Positions 23,249 through 24,000 of a DNA stretch of 24,000 nucleotides are shown in pieces. The notes under the pieces are model-generated. The model was given only the letters and a program-made list of their open reading frames with translations, searched no databases and was not told the DNA's origin. Position 1 is the first letter of the stretch, and each line of letters starts with the position of its first letter. The DNA is from Wukongibacter sp. M2B1. GTDB lineage: Bacteria > Bacillota > Clostridia > Peptostreptococcales > Caminicellaceae. The translations under genes and the position numbers were made by a program. The stretch covers positions 1,931,495 to 1,955,494 of the forward strand of contig NZ_CP138200.1 of NCBI RefSeq assembly GCF_050859025.1. The letters are read 5' to 3'.

Positions 23249-23386
23249 TTGACAGTAGTAAAATGTAAACGCTGTGGCAGAACATTAGCAGAGCTAGAAG
23301 GAAAACTTAAAATCAAATGCAGAAAGTGTGGACACACCAATTACATAGTTGCAAAAGTAGCGGACCAAGCGTCCCAGGGCAGTTAA
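23249..23386 (+). CDS. Com-like zinc-finger protein (45 aa)
   Basis: TTG start after the AAAGGGGGA RBS. Translation: MTVVKCKRCGRTLAELEGKLKIKCRKCGHTNYIVAKVADQASQGS. The pattern (K)C-x2-C-x..-L(E/K)IKC-x2-C-x-x-N is that of Mu Com-type zinc fingers. Confidence 0.55.
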   Translation: MTVVKCKRCGRTLAELEGKLKIKCRKCGHTNYIVAKVADQASQGS

Positions 23387-23412
23387 TTAGCCCTGGGACT
23401 TTCTTTAATTTT
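23371..23412 (+). terminator. Strong rho-independent terminator overlapping the 3' end of the Com-like ORF
   Basis: GTCCCAGGGC / GCCCTGGGAC 10-bp GC-rich stem with a 9-nt loop, followed by TTTCTTTAATTTT. Confidence 0.85.
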
Positions 23413-23442
23413 AAATACAAATAAGACAAGTGAGGTGTTCTT

Positions 23443-23958
23443 ATGACAAATAGAAAGATAGATAAAAAGATAGAAGATATATTATACAGGTACTTTAGAA
23501 AAAAGAGATCTCTTGACAGAATGTATAATAGGGTTTCAATTCTAGAAAATAAGATAGAGCGAATAAAAAAGGATATCCATGAATGCAATATTGAGATTAA
23601 GGACAATCTAAGAGCTATTGACTATGACAGAGTAAATGTACAAGTAAGTGAGATAAAATCAATTGTAGAAGAAAGCATAATAAGCAGTATAGAGAACCTA
23701 CAAAGGGAATTATCATATACACATAGAAAGAAAGTAAAATTGAAAATAAAGATTAGAGAATTAGAGGAAAAGACAAGTGAGATAGACAATCTATTAAAGG
23801 GTATGACAGAGCAAGAACTACAAATTATTGAAATGAAATATAATGATCGTTTTACAAATGTTAGGATTGCAAAGCTTACTCATTGCTCAGAAAGGACAGT
23901 TAGAAGGAAAAAGGATGAATTTATAGAATATATTGCATGTGAGCTAAACATTAGTTAG
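23443..23958 (+). CDS. Phage late-gene transcriptional activator, sigma-70 region-4-like (ArpU/RinA-type)
   Basis: 171 aa. It has an N-terminal YRYFRKKRSL, a central coiled coil, and a C-terminal LTEQELQIIEMKYNDRFTNVRIAKLTHCSERTVRRKKDEFIEYIA, a region-4-type HTH. It sits after a strong terminator at the end of the early/middle genes. Confidence 0.55.
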   Translation: MTNRKIDKKIEDILYRYFRKKRSLDRMYNRVSILENKIERIKKDIHECNIEIKDNLRAIDYDRVNVQVSEIKSIVEESIISSIENLQRELSYTHRKKVKLKIKIRELEEKTSEIDNLLKGMTEQELQIIEMKYNDRFTNVRIAKLTHCSERTVRRKKDEFIEYIACELNIS

Positions 23959-24000
23959 TGCCGAAAAACCGCCGAAAAAGCGACGAATTATTAAGACGAT

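Larger units (their letters stand above)
10541..24000. mobile_element. Temperate prophage, integrase-proximal arm; continues past the window end
   Basis: Gene content and order: large serine integrase, accessory genes, divergent CI/Cro HTH pair with operators, replication module, YopX, late activator. The boundary is inferred from the broken host gene at about 10540. The exact att core was not determined. Confidence 0.85.

Overview
AT-rich, Clostridia-like (low-GC Firmicutes) chromosomal segment in two parts.

(1) Host DNA, 1-10540. It starts with the 3' end of a degenerate YesM-type histidine kinase. Next come a complete Cache-domain YesM-type kinase and its AraC-type (YesN-like) response regulator. 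These are followed by a compact short-chain acyl-CoA module: crotonase (crt), a Pct-like family I CoA-transferase and a GntP-family organic-acid permease. After that lie an orphan lipoprotein, an AbrB-fold regulator fused to a zinc ribbon, and the 3' fragment of an NMT1/SsuA-like ABC substrate-binding-protein gene.

(2) Prophage, about 10541 to the window end. This is one arm of a temperate prophage inserted into that binding-protein gene by a large serine recombinase. It carries:
- an accessory region
- a CI/Cro-type switch with three identical 15-bp palindromic operators
- an early/replication region (second XRE regulator, ParM-like actin with a wHTH partner, replisome-organizer-like initiator)
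- many small zinc-ribbon ORFs
- a reverse-oriented membrane-protein moron
- YopX
- a guanylate-kinase-like P-loop protein
- a Com-like zinc finger
- a sigma-region-4-type late activator

Most interesting: the accessory region between integrase and repressor (12825-15690) holds a non-canonical agr-type peptide-signalling cassette. Its genes are a multi-TM AgrC-sensor-like protein with no kinase domain, an AgrD-like pre-peptide too short for the ORF track (13952-14092), a Spo0A-like response regulator, AgrB, and a further 45-aa peptide ORF. Two perfect TGTCGAA (Spo0A-box) heptamers sit in its promoter region. No rRNA, tRNA or CRISPR array was seen. All calls rest on reading motifs by eye; no database search was possible.
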